Positions 1-12,965 of a DNA stretch of 64,000 nt are shown here, piece by piece. Made by a program: the position numbers and the translations under genes. Each line of letters opens with the position of its first letter. The first letter of the stretch is position 1. The stretch covers positions 132,563,741 to 132,627,740 of the forward strand of contig CM041465.1 of assembly GCA_023213395.1 (NCBI GenBank). The letters run 5' to 3'. This DNA comes from Cycas panzhihuaensis. Its lineage: Eukaryota > Plantae > Cycadophyta. Under the pieces are notes generated by a model that worked only from the letters and a program-made list of their open reading frames with translations, had not been told where the DNA came from and did no database searches.

Positions 1-149
1 AATATTGGGACATACTTGTGACCCTAAAATATAAACATGGGTGATCATTAAGATATAATCATTGTTGTAAGGTCTTCAATATTATTCATAGAACAAAAGT
101 TCATTAATGTGGTCTTACAAACCAAAGGATTCAATCAAAATTTTGAGTA

Positions 150-1700
150 TATAAGAAAGAATTGGTGAAATTTTCAAAGTTAGTATGACAAAGGCTTCAC
201 TAAATGAATCCCATGTTTAAAAATTAGGTACAAATGGAGTTAGATAATATGTTGGTACTAGTTATATTTATAATATAGATAATAGGCAATGGGTGAGACC
301 AGTAATGGTGGTGATAAAGAAGAATGGGAATCTATGCATTTGTGTTGATTATAGACCATTGTACTAATAAAAAAGAAAGGCCTATTTTTTATGCCATTTA
401 CTAAAAATGTCTTTAAGAGTCACTAGTTATAAAGTGGAATTTTTACAAATGGCTTTAATGGTTATGATTAGGTCAATTTGCCCTAAAAAGATCAAATAAC
501 ATCTACATCTTTGATGGCATCAGGAATATATACTTATTTAGAAATATGATTTAGGTTGATTAAAGCTTCAATAGCATTTCATAGAGTCAAATTAATCATC
601 TTTAAATAGACCATTGATACAAACGTGTGAGTTTGTTTTGATGATCGTAGATTGTATAACTTATTGGATAACCGTTTGACAAACTTAAGAGACATGTTAA
701 AAGCTTGTAAAAAACATAAATTATATCTAAACCCTCAACACATAATTTTGTCATACCATTTAGAAGGTTACTAGGTCACATTTCTAGAAAATGAGGGTTA
801 TTGGTAGATACTGCAAAAGTGAAGGAATTTGTTGTATTCATAATTTCAACTAGTATAAATTAAGAATTATTGGAAATGATACGTTATTATAGAAAATTCA
901 TTAAAGATAATGTTCAAATTTTTCTACCATTGGAGAAATTTCCAAGTCAAGATATATGTCAGACATGGGAGACAAGTGAACAAATGATGTTTAATGTATT
1001 AAAACTTAAAATTGCTCAAACAATAATCTTGAAATTTTTGAATTGGTTAAAAAATTTCACGTCTATGTAGATTCATCCTTGTATGGTAGTGGATGCATCT
1101 TAACTCAAGCTATAAATAGAAAGACAGATAAACCAAAATACTTTATAAGTAGAAAGTTGACTATAATTGTGTATAAATATATAATGATTAAAAACAAGGA
1201 GAGGTGGGCATGATCTATTTAAACATTACTTGCTAGACAACCCTTAAAAGAAACTAACCCATAATTTTTGTGGACCATGAAGGATAGTTACATTGAAATA
1301 GACCATTGTTGTAAGGGATGACAAATCAAATATTATTGTTATTTCAAGACTTTTTTATTTAAGATCATGGTCAAACCAAGAGAAGTTTGTGTAATTCTTG
1401 ATTAGATTTTGCATATTAAGAAAGACAAGAAAACAGCTAGTATAAATGATGATTTTCTATATACCAAATTATTTAATGTAGATATAATTTTGGAATGGCA
1501 TACGATAATTGTAAGATATTTAGCTATTGGAACTATACCACCTAGTAAGATGGGATTGGGTTAAGAGAATGAACATGTTCTAGGTTGTTTATGAAGCATT
1601 ATTTAAGATGTGATTAAAGAACATTCTATAAAGTTGTGTATTACAATATGAGGTGGTATAAATTTTAAGTTAAGACTATGAAGACTTGCTCGAGGAAAGT
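150..1700 (+). mobile_element. Degenerate Ty3/gypsy pol fragment (RT-RNase H, start of integrase region)
   Basis: WVRPVMVVIKKNGNLCICVDYRP at ~290-357 matches the gypsy RT motif WxSPVVVVxKKNGKLRxCVDYR. A GFNGYD motif lies at ~450. ORF 870-1070 resembles the RT/RNase H connection. Many stops and frameshifts. Confidence 0.8.
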
Positions 1701-2692
1701 AAATAATAGTTGCAATTTCAATTTAATTCTATTGTATTTTTATGTTATTTTATTTCCTAATTTACAAAATAAAATAAAAAGGAACATATAATCGAAGAAA
1801 ATACTAAGTCCAATCTCTTTGTTATTTAAAAGTCTTTTTTATCTTTTTCCTTCTTTTAATGTTAATGCACACCAAAGAAATAATATTCAATAGAATGCCT
1901 TATGCACGAAAGAATAAACACCTCATCAAAATGTCTCATCAAATGACATCACACAATAACTTATGAAATGCATTACGTCTCTGATCAAATTTGAAGACGC
2001 CTCACGCAATATTCAAGATGTCGTGTCTCAATCAAATTCAAAGGCGACATATATCAAAATATATGTTTCCAAGGGTGAAATATTATTTATCAAAGTACCT
2101 TTAAAATTGCTTCATCGCCATTTCGTAATGCTACGACTACAACTTCATTAACATTAACTGCAAATAATGTCGTCTGCTATGGGTATGACTTCGTCTCCTA
2201 CATTTTTTGCAAACATTCGATAATAATGTCACTATAACGACCTGAGATAGCAGGTCTCAGTCCACGTAAGCTACGACTCCTCCACAGATGAACACAGTTG
2301 TATCTATTCCATGGCCATTGCTACGTCTCTCTCCTCTTTGCCATCATACGATAACAACGTCATCTTTGCAATCACCACGGCGACGAGCAACAGAGCGACG
2401 TCTTCAAACAGAGCTGAGCGAATTCACCCCACGACCTATTTACCGGGAATCATCTTGACACTCAATCGACTTTTATCGACTCCATTTATAATCTTCATAT
2501 ACGACCTCGCTACAAAGGTAATGCCTGTAAACGTCACCAACTTACTAGGCGTCGCTACACATCCATACACATAAAACAACCTCCTACACTCCTCTATATA
2601 CCTCTTAGGAGAGATGAAGACTTGCAAAATAGACTATTCAATAAGGAATAAGAAAGGCACTTGGCTGTCAAAGAAATCGATCATAAAAGGGT

Positions 2693-2745
2693 TGAGTTAG
2701 TATTACCTAGCAATCAATGAGTTAGTATTACCTAGCAATCAATGA
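2693..2745 (+). repeat. 25-bp tandem duplication
   Basis: TGAGTTAGTATTACCTAGCAATCAA occurs twice head-to-tail. Confidence 0.9.
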
Positions 2746-3099
2746 TTTGAACACTCCACCCAATATATGCTTACTTATATTCAACCATCTACTTTGAAAT
2801 CATTTAGGTACACAATAAGTATGAAATGAATAAGCACACAAAGTAGAATTGATGTGAAAAATCTTTAGATAAAAATTCACCATAAAATTATTGATTACAT
2901 TGATACAAAAGTGTAATGTACAATGGGTTTTGGATCCCTTTAAATAGATCCATATTACATCCATCAACTGATATAATAATAAATCACATTATAAATTTTT
3001 ACACAGTATATTCACTACATTAATATTAGTCGGGTTAAGTGGATAAGATACCACTCTAACAGAACTTTTCCACTTCTCTTGGTTGGATGCTCTCTCACT

Positions 3100-4649
3100 T
3101 AATCCATTATTTCATAGTCGTATAAATATTTATTATTTGCTCCCCATATTTCAAAGTAGACCAAAGTTTAGAATTGAGTTATGAAGCCCTTACCTTTCTA
3201 TTTTAATATTATGCCATTTAAATATTATGTTTTGTATGATAAGAGATGCTCATCGTATTTTGTGTAGTTGATTGTTTGACTTAATATGTATTCAACCTAC
3301 TCATCATAATTAATATATAAATTTATTTGTGAACTTTGCTCTACACCATATGTATGACTAGAAATCTATGTAATCGGCCTCTTTCCTTTATTATCTGATT
3401 GGCCCTAATCTTGCTTATCTTAGCTCTAATCAACCATTGTCATTATCTGTGTGTTTTGTATTATGACTCTTACTTCTTCTTCGTGATCAACATTTCATAA
3501 ATAATGATCTGTCTCCTTGACCTTCTTTGATCTACCTTATGATCAACCTTGCTTAACCTGCTTGTCATACTAATATCCCATTTCACCTTTATATATTCCA
3601 CACCCTACTAAGATGTTATTAACAACAAAATAATTTTAAATCTTTTTAGCATACAAGTTTAAGATGGATTCATTATGCCCTCTTTTGATTATTTTTTGTT
3701 GGAGTTTATATTCATGCCTTGACTCGCATGTGTGTTCATCTTAATGAGCCATGTTAGTCACTCTAATTGGCCACATTGCATTTGACTAAACATTTGTTGA
3801 TGATTCATATTTGCCTTGATCTAGAAACTTTTGATCAACTTTTACACTTTGTGATTGTTCTCTATACCTCACCAACAATGTTGGTTAGTAGTTTACATAT
3901 GAATCGGCTTTCTTTCTTTTCCTTGATTGATCTCTACCTGATAAGTAATCTTATATCTTGATAATACCTTAATGTTTGGATTGACTTATTATATCTTAGT
4001 ACCCAATCGCCATAAGCTATTATTCTTATATCCAAAGTTGTATTTTTTTGTACCCAAATGTATATTATTTGTCTCTTCTAAAATCGATTCTATATGAGTC
4101 TTATAAGATGAGGTTGTAAGTATTTAATAATCCTATAATTCCCAATGTAGCAACCTATTATCTAAACCTATCCCATATTTAGCATATGGATCCAAATACA
4201 AAATACCTTCTTATGGTTTGCATATATTATCATCACCATTAAGTAGTTGGTACTTGTTCAAAAGAAATGCTTGAGGTTTTATTTAGTTGGTCTCTAACTC
4301 TATGTCATTATTTGCTTCATCATCTAGTAAGCTTGAATCTATGATCTCTTCATTTACTGTATGTTAATTCAATTTTTCTAGTAAATTCCTTCTATTTTAC
4401 TTGATCACTAATATATCACATCTATATTTTAGAATCATACATTCACTTTATAACCATGGTTGTCCCAATAAAGCATCGTAGCCTAATGGAAATCTAGGTA
4501 CTCTTGAGATGACATTAAACTATATTAAAAAGATGTAGTTTTTTATTTAGATTTCCCATGGTATCAATATTTTTAAAGACTATATATTATACCAATATGC
4601 CATCCTTTATTAAAAATGGAAAGACCATGAACTTAGTTCCCCTATTTTC
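3100..4649 (-). mobile_element. Highly degenerate gypsy protease/gag-like remnant, interrupted by copia A
   Basis: Minus-strand GYDALLGQPW at ~4456-4485 matches the retrotransposon aspartic protease C-terminal motif YxxLLGRPW. The left boundary is uncertain. Confidence 0.5.
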
Positions 4650-4933
4650 TGAAGGGAGAGTGGGAGTTAGAGGGACCAGATTATATAACAAAGGGCATCA
4701 TTGATAATAAATTTCCAACATTATAAAGGCAGTGTTAAAGAACACGTAGGGGCCTTATGACCCAGTATATATAGATGAAAGTTGGGAAGGAGTCTAACAT
4801 CTACTATCTTTTAGAGTTTAAAAATATTATTTAAAATAATATTATCCATTCGACTAGTATCGGCTAATGTCAGCTCCACCAACTTTAATATTGACGTACA
4901 TACATTAATAGTTTAAATAAACATTATCTAACA
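4650..4933 (-). repeat. 3' LTR of copia A
   Basis: TG...CA ends, adjacent to the PPT. Aligns with the LTRs of copia B (40320-40548, 47235-47538). Confidence 0.75.
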
Positions 4934-7900
4934 TTTCTCCCATATAATGTTCATTTGGAAAGACTCTGACCTTGTCTCTGAATTTGTGGAACTAAATCTT
5001 TCCAAAAGCTTTAGTAAAGATATTTGCCACCTATTCTTCTGTGCTATAATAGATTAACTCAACCTCGCCAGCTTGAACCAATTCTCTAATAAAATGATGT
5101 TGAGTTTTAATATACTTTATTCTGTAGTGAAATACTAGACTTTGAGTCATTTGTATGGTACTTTGGTTATCACATAATATTTATGTGGGACCATCCTATT
5201 TTACCTGTAAGTCTTAGAGTGGTCTTCTTAGCCAAACTATTTTATGAACTCCTACTACTGCTACTTTGTATTCTACTTTCGCAGTAAACAAGGACACCAT
5301 GCTTTATTTCTTTGAACTCCAAGCTATTGATGCTAAATCTAAACTAAAGGTATAACCTGATGTAGACTTTCTATCACCAATATAGCCTACTTAATCATAA
5401 TTTATGTAGCTAACTAGTTTGAAATCTGCAAATAACTTATAATATAGTCCATAGCCAATTATTCCTTTCAAGTATTTAAAGATCCTTTTTGTTGCTTGCC
5501 AATGTGATACTTTGGGATCATGAATGAATCTAAAAATAATACTTAATGCACACATGATATCTGGCCAAGTTGAAGTTAAGTAGATCAAACTACTAATCAG
5601 TTGCCTGTTGAGTATAGGATCAACCGATGTAGATTCTTTATACTTAGATAATTTCGTCTCAACTTCAATTACTGTAACAAATCATTTATAATCACTCATG
5701 TTGAATTTTTTTTAGTAAGTTCAAGGTTTATTTTCTTTAGGAAACAAATATCCCATTCTCATCTTATCAAACCTCTAGACCTAAGAAGTAGTGCATGAGT
5801 CCTGAATCAATCATCTCGAATTCTTTATACATGTCTGCTTTGAATTTCTGAGTCAATTGAGGATCATTGCCTATATAATAAGGTCATCAATATATAACTC
5901 TATAATGAGTATTGAACTTCCTTCTATCTTGATATAGATTAGGATCTGATTAACTCCTTTTAAATCCTTTGTCTCTAAGGTATTTATCAATCCTAGAGTA
6001 CGAAGTTCTAGGTACTTGTTTTAGTCTATACAAGGCCTTTTCGAGTTTGTAAACCTTGTGTTTTTCCCTCTTTACTTCCAAACCTTTGGGTTGTTGGACA
6101 TAAATCTCCTCTTCTATTTACCTATTCAAGGAGGCACTTTTAACGTCCACTTGTTAAACAATCCAATTTTCTTGTGTAACTAAGCTCATCAATAGACACA
6201 TTGTCTCCATTCTAGAGACTGATACAAATGTCTCATTATAATCAATTCCTTCAATTTATACATAACCTTTGGCAACTAGCCTTGTCTTATATTTGTCAAT
6301 TGTCTCATCTAATCTAAATTTGGTCTTATAGACTTATTTTGTGCTAATTGCAGTTTTATTTACCAACACGTTAACTAATTCCTAAGTATCATTTTTTACT
6401 ATGGAATTGTACTCTTCATTAATTGTATCTTTCCATTCATCTTTTGTATTAGTCTCCTCAAAAGTCTGAGGCTCATTTGATGCCATTACTTGGCTCATTA
6501 AGGCAAAATTAACCCTTGGAGAGCGTGTGGACCTTCTTTTAAAATTATTGTCTAAAATATTAGAAGGATCATGACCTCTTTGAATCCATTTTTGAGACCC
6601 TTTGATTGAATGTGGAGGGTCCTGCTTCATTTGGACTTACTTCATTGAGACTTAGTATGTTTGTGGATTTAGGCCTTGAATTTATTTCCACAATGACATT
6701 CTTTCCTTTATCTTTTTAATTTCTACTTGATAACATTCATCTTCCTTGAAGATGACATCTCTACTCACAATTACCTTCTTTTCTTTTGGATCAAATAGTT
6801 TATAGGATCTAGAAACATCACAGTATCCTATAAAGATGCATTTGGTGCTTTTGTCATCCAATTTTGTTTTCTTTTATTCTAGTACACGGGTAAATGTTAA
6901 GCACCCAAAAATCTGCAAGTGACGTATGCTTGGCTTATGACTTATCTAAGCTTTCTCTGGTACAACCCACCTAACAACCTTGGTGGTACACTTATTTAAT
7001 AAGTATACTGCTGTATGCATTACTTCTTCCCAAAGTTCATGTCTAGGTTGCTTATCTTTAAGCATATATCTTGCAATTTTAACAATAGTTCCATTTTTCC
7101 TTTCTGCTACTCAATTTTGTTGTGGAGTATAGGGATTAGTGAGTTGCATTCTTATACCATAATAGTTGTAATATGTTTTACTAATCTCAGGGTGAGAATT
7201 CTATGGCCACTTTATTTTTAAACAAAGGTTTTGAAGTCAACAAAATACTAAAAGGTATTTAATTTAAATTTGAGGAAATATACACAAGTCTTTCTAGTGA
7301 AATCATCAATAAAGGTCATGAAATACCTTACGCCTCCTAGTGAAGGTACATCCATGGGTCTATATAGGTTTGTATAGATTAATTAAAGAGGTCCTTGGGC
7401 TCTATAGCTACTATCTAGAAAACTTTCTCTGTGTTATTTCCTAATTAGGCATCCTTAACAAATTTCTTTGTTAGGTTCTATAGTAGGCAATCTATTAACC
7501 ATTTCTATCATTTTCATTAATGTCAAGTTCTTATAGTTTAAATAGCCAAATCTTTTATGCCATGTTTCACTATCAACTTTGGTGGAAGCTTTTAAATCAT
7601 AGGTGTCTGATGGAGGAATGACTAGCTTGAATAATCTGTCACTAGTCATCTGTCCTTTTACTATAACTATTTTATTTTTTAGCTTATCCTTGATGATACA
7701 TCTACCATTATCAAAGGTGATTTTATAGTATTGCTCCATCATCTAACCCACCGAGAGTAGGTTCTTCTTTAGAGTTGGTACATGTAACACATCATCAATG
7801 TACCTTATTCCTTCTGATTTTGTAGTTATGGATACATTACCCTTTCTAATAGATTCATGGGTAGTATTATCTCCAAATATAATCTTTCCTCTCTTATACT

Positions 7901-10580
7901 TATCAATTTCTTTAAAGATTTCTTCTTTATGGGTTATATCAATTGAACATCCTCAGTTGATGTACCATCTATCTTCTTTCTCACTAGTAATAAAACTTGA
8001 AAGAAAGAGTCTATTATTATCTCTCTCCTCAATTGTTGTGTTAGTTATACCCCTTTGAATACTAGCATTCTTGACAAAACAATCTTCATTTGGGTGTCCC
8101 ATTTTATGTCAATAGGAACATTAGATAGTTCCTCTTAGTCTTTGGCTATGACTTTACTTCTAGAGGTTCCTCTTCCTCTAAAATTTGCTCTACCTCTTTC
8201 AAAGAATTGGCCTTGACTTTAGTCTTGGAAGTTTATTTATTTTTTATCCTTGATAGTGTTGGTTTGATCCTTGACAACTTCCTTGATCTTGGAAGTTGTT
8301 ATGTCCTTGGTAATATTAGTTTTGTACTTGAAATCTCCCTTGAATTTGGAAGTTACTTAGTCCTTGATACCTTTGGTTTAGTCCTTGATACTTTTGGTTT
8401 GATTCTTGATAACTTCCTTAACTTTGGAAATTGTTTTATTCTTGATAGCTTTAATTTTATCCTTAAAATCTTATTTGAGTTTGATTTCTTCCTCTTCCTT
8501 TAGGGGAATGCTCTAGTATTTCACGTCTTTGTCTTATTCTAGCCATAGTGGTAAAAGTATGCTCAAGGGACTCATTGCTCCCTTTTTTTTCTTCAACTAC
8601 TACGAGCATAGTAGTTAGTTGATTAATTTGAAAGGTACTAAAGTCTTTAGAAACCTCAATACTAGTGGCTATCATTCTAAATCTCTTGATCTCTATAATA
8701 CATCTCAAATTTTTTTCTATAACTCTTTATTTACTTAGTATTTCTCCTAAGGATCTCATTTGATTTACCACGTCTTAGACCTTGGTGGTGAATTCATTTA
8801 TTCCTTCTCTAAGTGACATCCTTAGATTTTTAAATATGCTTTTAAGTGTTTGTAGCTTAGTGGATGTCACTCCTTCATAAATCAACTAGAAGACATCCCA
8901 AGCTTATTTAGATGTGGTAGCTTTACTTACTCTAGGAAAAATTTGATCCTCTAGAGCATAAAATATAAGGGCTAAGACCTCATTATCCTTTTTGATATTC
9001 TCCTTATAAGCTTGTTCTTTATCCTCGGTGGCAATATTATAAATGTCTTTATATCCCTTATTGACAAGCTTCAATATATCTTTTGTAATAAAGATGGACC
9101 TCATTCTCCTACTCTAATTAAAGAAATATAAGCCATTAAACATAGGTATAGCTAAGTTTCCAAGATTTATTTCCATTATGAAAAGAGTGTTATCTTAAAA
9201 ATATGACCCCAAAAGTATAAGTATTCTTATGTCCTATCTACCTATGAGGTTTCCAATCTAGAATTTTAAGTCTTAGGGTCTGCAAGGAAAGTTCTTGGTT
9301 ACTATCTTGTCTAGTAATACTTACCTACAAGTGGAAAACTAGGGACCCTATATATCGATACGTAAGCTTAAGGATCTATATACCTTAGTACGTGGACTAC
9401 TAAGAAGGTCAATGACCCTCCTAATTTGTGGATCCACCTACACTAGACTTATACCTAGTAATATATCTAATGGTGAAAACTTAAACAACTAAGGAACTCA
9501 CCTCCTTTAGGTCTAGCTTGGTCTTTAATCTCTAAAGGATAGTTTGCCATCTTAGCATGTCACTTAATAAATCTAATAACCAATGGTTTTCTCAACAAAT
9601 TAGAGTAGACCAAGGACATGTACAAAGTGGTAACTTTAGGGGTCCTAATTGTTCCCCTTGTAAGGTTGGTATAGATGTGATTGATTAAGGAATTTTCTTT
9701 GTTAATGTTTCAAATTAAAGATAATTTTGGTGGTTTTATTTGTAAACAGTATTCTTTTTAATGAATAAAAGCTAAAAGTTAAAAAATAAATGAAAGTAAA
9801 TAAAAAGAACTAAAGTAAATAGAAAACTTGATCCAAGAAGAATTGTTTTAACCTTCAAGAGTACTCCTACAATAGATCAATCACAAATACTTATAAGTCC
9901 AAATAATGGATTAGAACTACTAACAATAGTCAATACTATATTGTAGCATTAATAAACCTTTAAGAAAACTGAAATTTAGTCTTAAAATGATAAGAAAATA
10001 CTCAAATATTGGTCAAATAAATAGGCTAGTTTTATAGTCTATAACTCCTACAAAACATATCCAAATCAGCCTCAAAATAGCTCTGAACTTGGTGGTTAAA
10101 CTCTACCACGGTGACGATACTTTAGGGGAAGCCATGCGAAAAAGTAGCTCGACGCCAAGATGATAAACGCCTCTTATTCAAAGGTCATCTTCTTCAAAAC
10201 CCCACACTTCAGAACATAATACCTGCTCTTGTTGTAGTTCTCTAAGTTAGCTTTTCGATAGTTTAAATAGTTTGAAAAATAAGTGCCTAGTTTAAAAATT
10301 ATTGCAAAAATAGTGAGAAGATCTCTTTATTATTAAAAAACTAAATGAGGTTAGCTTTAAGCCCCCTTTATGATGTAGCCCTTGGTCACCTGTTTAGTGC
10401 ATATGATCACCAACTAAGTTGAGGAGGGGTTAGCAGACTTTTAAAAATATCTAATATAAAATATAATTTTTAAAATATAAAAAATATATATAAGAGTTTT
10501 ATAAAATTTAGAGTCCACTCCCTTTTATAAAGAATGTGGTCATATGAGACCGAAAAGGTGACCACCAGCTAGGTCAAGGA
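4650..10580 (-). mobile_element. Ty1/copia element A (3' LTR, gag-pol and partial leader; 5' end lost)
   Basis: gag AUG at 9176. UBN2-type gag ORFs 8904-9104 and 8463-8708. GAG-pre-integrase WHKRFGYLN (7455-7742), RT (YIDDL-like, ~5880-5900), RNase H to ~4950. PPT at ~4935-4945 and LTR at 4650-4933. Many nonsense mutations. Confidence 0.9.
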
Positions 10581-12965
10581 TGTAAGACAATCTAATATGT
10601 ATCAGTTAATCAAATAAGAGAGTTGCATGTTTTCATTAGAGAACATGTCTATAAATACATGAGTTATTTGCATGCTCAATTGTAACTGACTCTTCTTTGA
10701 GTGTGACATGTGTTCACATCTCATGAAGTAGTTACTAAAGTAGTATTTTTACCTTCTTCCTTTTTATCTAGGACTTATACATTATATTCCAACACCCTCT
10801 CTTAATGTCTAAGTCCTAGTTTACTTCGTAGATCTTGAAGCTTGTCTTTTCCAAGTGGCTTTGTTAACATATCTGCTATATGATCTCCTCTTGCGTAGTA
10901 TTCCAAATCCACTTCTTTATTTTGAACTTTTTCTAGAATGAAGTGATGATGAACTTCAATATGCTTTGTACAAGTATGAAACACTGGATTCTTGGTGAGC
11001 TTAATAGCACTTTAATTGTTGCAATGAAGTACAGTTGGACCTATTTGCATTTAGTTTAGATCTTTCAGGAGTTACCTTAGCCAGATTGCCTCAATGGTTG
11101 CACTGACTACTTATTTGTATTATACTTCTGTTGAGGATAGTCTAATTATTGCTTGTTTCTTACTGCTCCAAGATATTGGAGACGCTCCTAGAAAGAAGCA
11201 ATATCCACTGGTGGATTTCTTCTGTTCCTTGTCTCTGGCCCAGTCTGAGTTGCAATAACTTGCCAGCTAAGATGTTTTCCCTTTTGGATAGATAAGCTTC
11301 AATTCAGCTGTGCCTTTTAGATATCTCAAAATTCAATTTGCTACTCCCCAATGTGTCAAGGTTGGTTCTTACATGTATCTGGATACTCGACTCACTAAAT
11401 AAGAGATGTCGAGCCTGGTGGCTGTGAGATAGATCAGACTCCCAATGAGTTGTCTGAACAATGTAGCATTGGCTTGAGGTTCTTTGTCACATGGAGTTAA
11501 GTCATAGTTTGCTTCCATTGGAGTGGCACAGGGATTGCAATCCAACATTTAGAACCTTACAAGAATATCCTTGATATATTTACTTTGAAACAGAGTGATT
11601 GAGTCTTCCTTTTGGTTGACTTCTATCCCCAAGTAGTAGTTTAGAAGTCCAAGGTATGTCATTTCAAATTCTTTTTTCAGCTGTTCTTTGATGGCTGAGA
11701 TGGACTCAGTGTTATCCCTAGCAAGTATCATGTCATCAACATACACAGCTATTATGTTGATCAATCTTTTTTCGTCTTTTACATATAGGCTTGAATCTGA
11801 GCTATATCTATGAAACCCTTCTTGACAAAGATATGTATCTAATTTTGCATACCATACGTACGGAGCCTGTTTTAGCCTATATAGTGCCTTTTTTAATTTA
11901 CAGACCAAGTGTTCTTGTCCTTCCTTAATGTATCCATCAAGTTGTCTCATGTAAACTTCTTCCTCTGTTTCTCCATTTAGAAAGGCACTTTTGACATCTA
12001 GTTGATATATTTTCTAATCCATTTAGGTAGCCAATGCAATTACTATTCTCAATGTGTTGAGTTTTGCAACTGGTGAGAATGTTTCTTCATAGTCTATCCT
12101 AGCTGTTTGAGTGTAGCCTTTGCCACAAGCCTCACTTTATGTTTTTCGATTTTTCCATTCACCCCTTCTTTTATCTTGTAAATCCACTTGTAATTAACTA
12201 TAGGTTTATTTGCTAGTGGTTCAACTAACTCCCAAGTTTTACTTTTAACAATAGAGTTCATTTCAATGTCCATTGCCTTCCTCCACGTTGTCTGGTCTTA
12301 TGCCTCGATGAATGTTTGTGGTTCTAAGCCGCTATACAAAGCTTTGTACCTCTGGCTCCTAGTTCTGTGAGAGTGAACCTCTCCTTTGCTATCTTCGATT
12401 GTTTTTATGTACCACTTGGGTACTTTCTTCTCCTTTTTTGTATCTCCTTCTGTTCTTTATTATTCTGAGGATATCTCTTCTTCTGAAGGTGTTTCTTCTT
12501 GAGGGATAGTGGGTTCCTCAGGAATGCCTTCTAATGTTATAGTGGATATTTCCTCTAAAGGAGCTTCTTGTATGGCAGGCAGTTGTAGACCTTCAATTAT
12601 CTTGACTTGAGTTTTAGCTTTGTCTTCCTCATTGAACACAACATCCCTTCTGACATAAATCTTGTTAATTTTTGGATCTATGTACTTGTAGGCCTTCAAG
12701 TTCTTATTGTATCCAATCGTGATGTAGTCAATGTTTTTTTAATCAAGTTTTATCTTTTTTTTTATGGGAGATATGGACAAAGGCCTGACATCTGAATACC
12801 TTGAGGTGACTGACATCGAGTTTCCTTCCTAACCATGCTTCTTCTGGAGTAAGATGATCCACTACCTTGGTTGGGCTTCGATTTAGTAAGTAACATGCAG
12901 TGTTGATAGCTTCAGCCCAATAGGATTTTGGAGTTCCCTTTTTGTAGACCATGCTTCATGCCATA
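10581..12965 (-). mobile_element. Ty1/copia element C, 5'-truncated (integrase-RT-RNase H-3' LTR), inserted in the leader of A
   Basis: ORFs carry YWAEAINTACYLLNRSP, YVDDM and KHIEVHHHFI motifs. PPT AGAGAGGG at ~10795-10802. LTR 10581-10794 with TG...CA ends. Confidence 0.9.

Noticed and set aside
2750-3061. Possible solo LTR ending ...CTAACA
   Set aside because: It has an LTR-like internal motif, but no matching TSD or defined other end was found.
8207-8503. 98-aa hydrophobic plus-strand ORF with LILD repeats
   Set aside because: It is the antisense shadow of the Q/N/Y-rich gag tract. The same applies to ORF 61437-61712.
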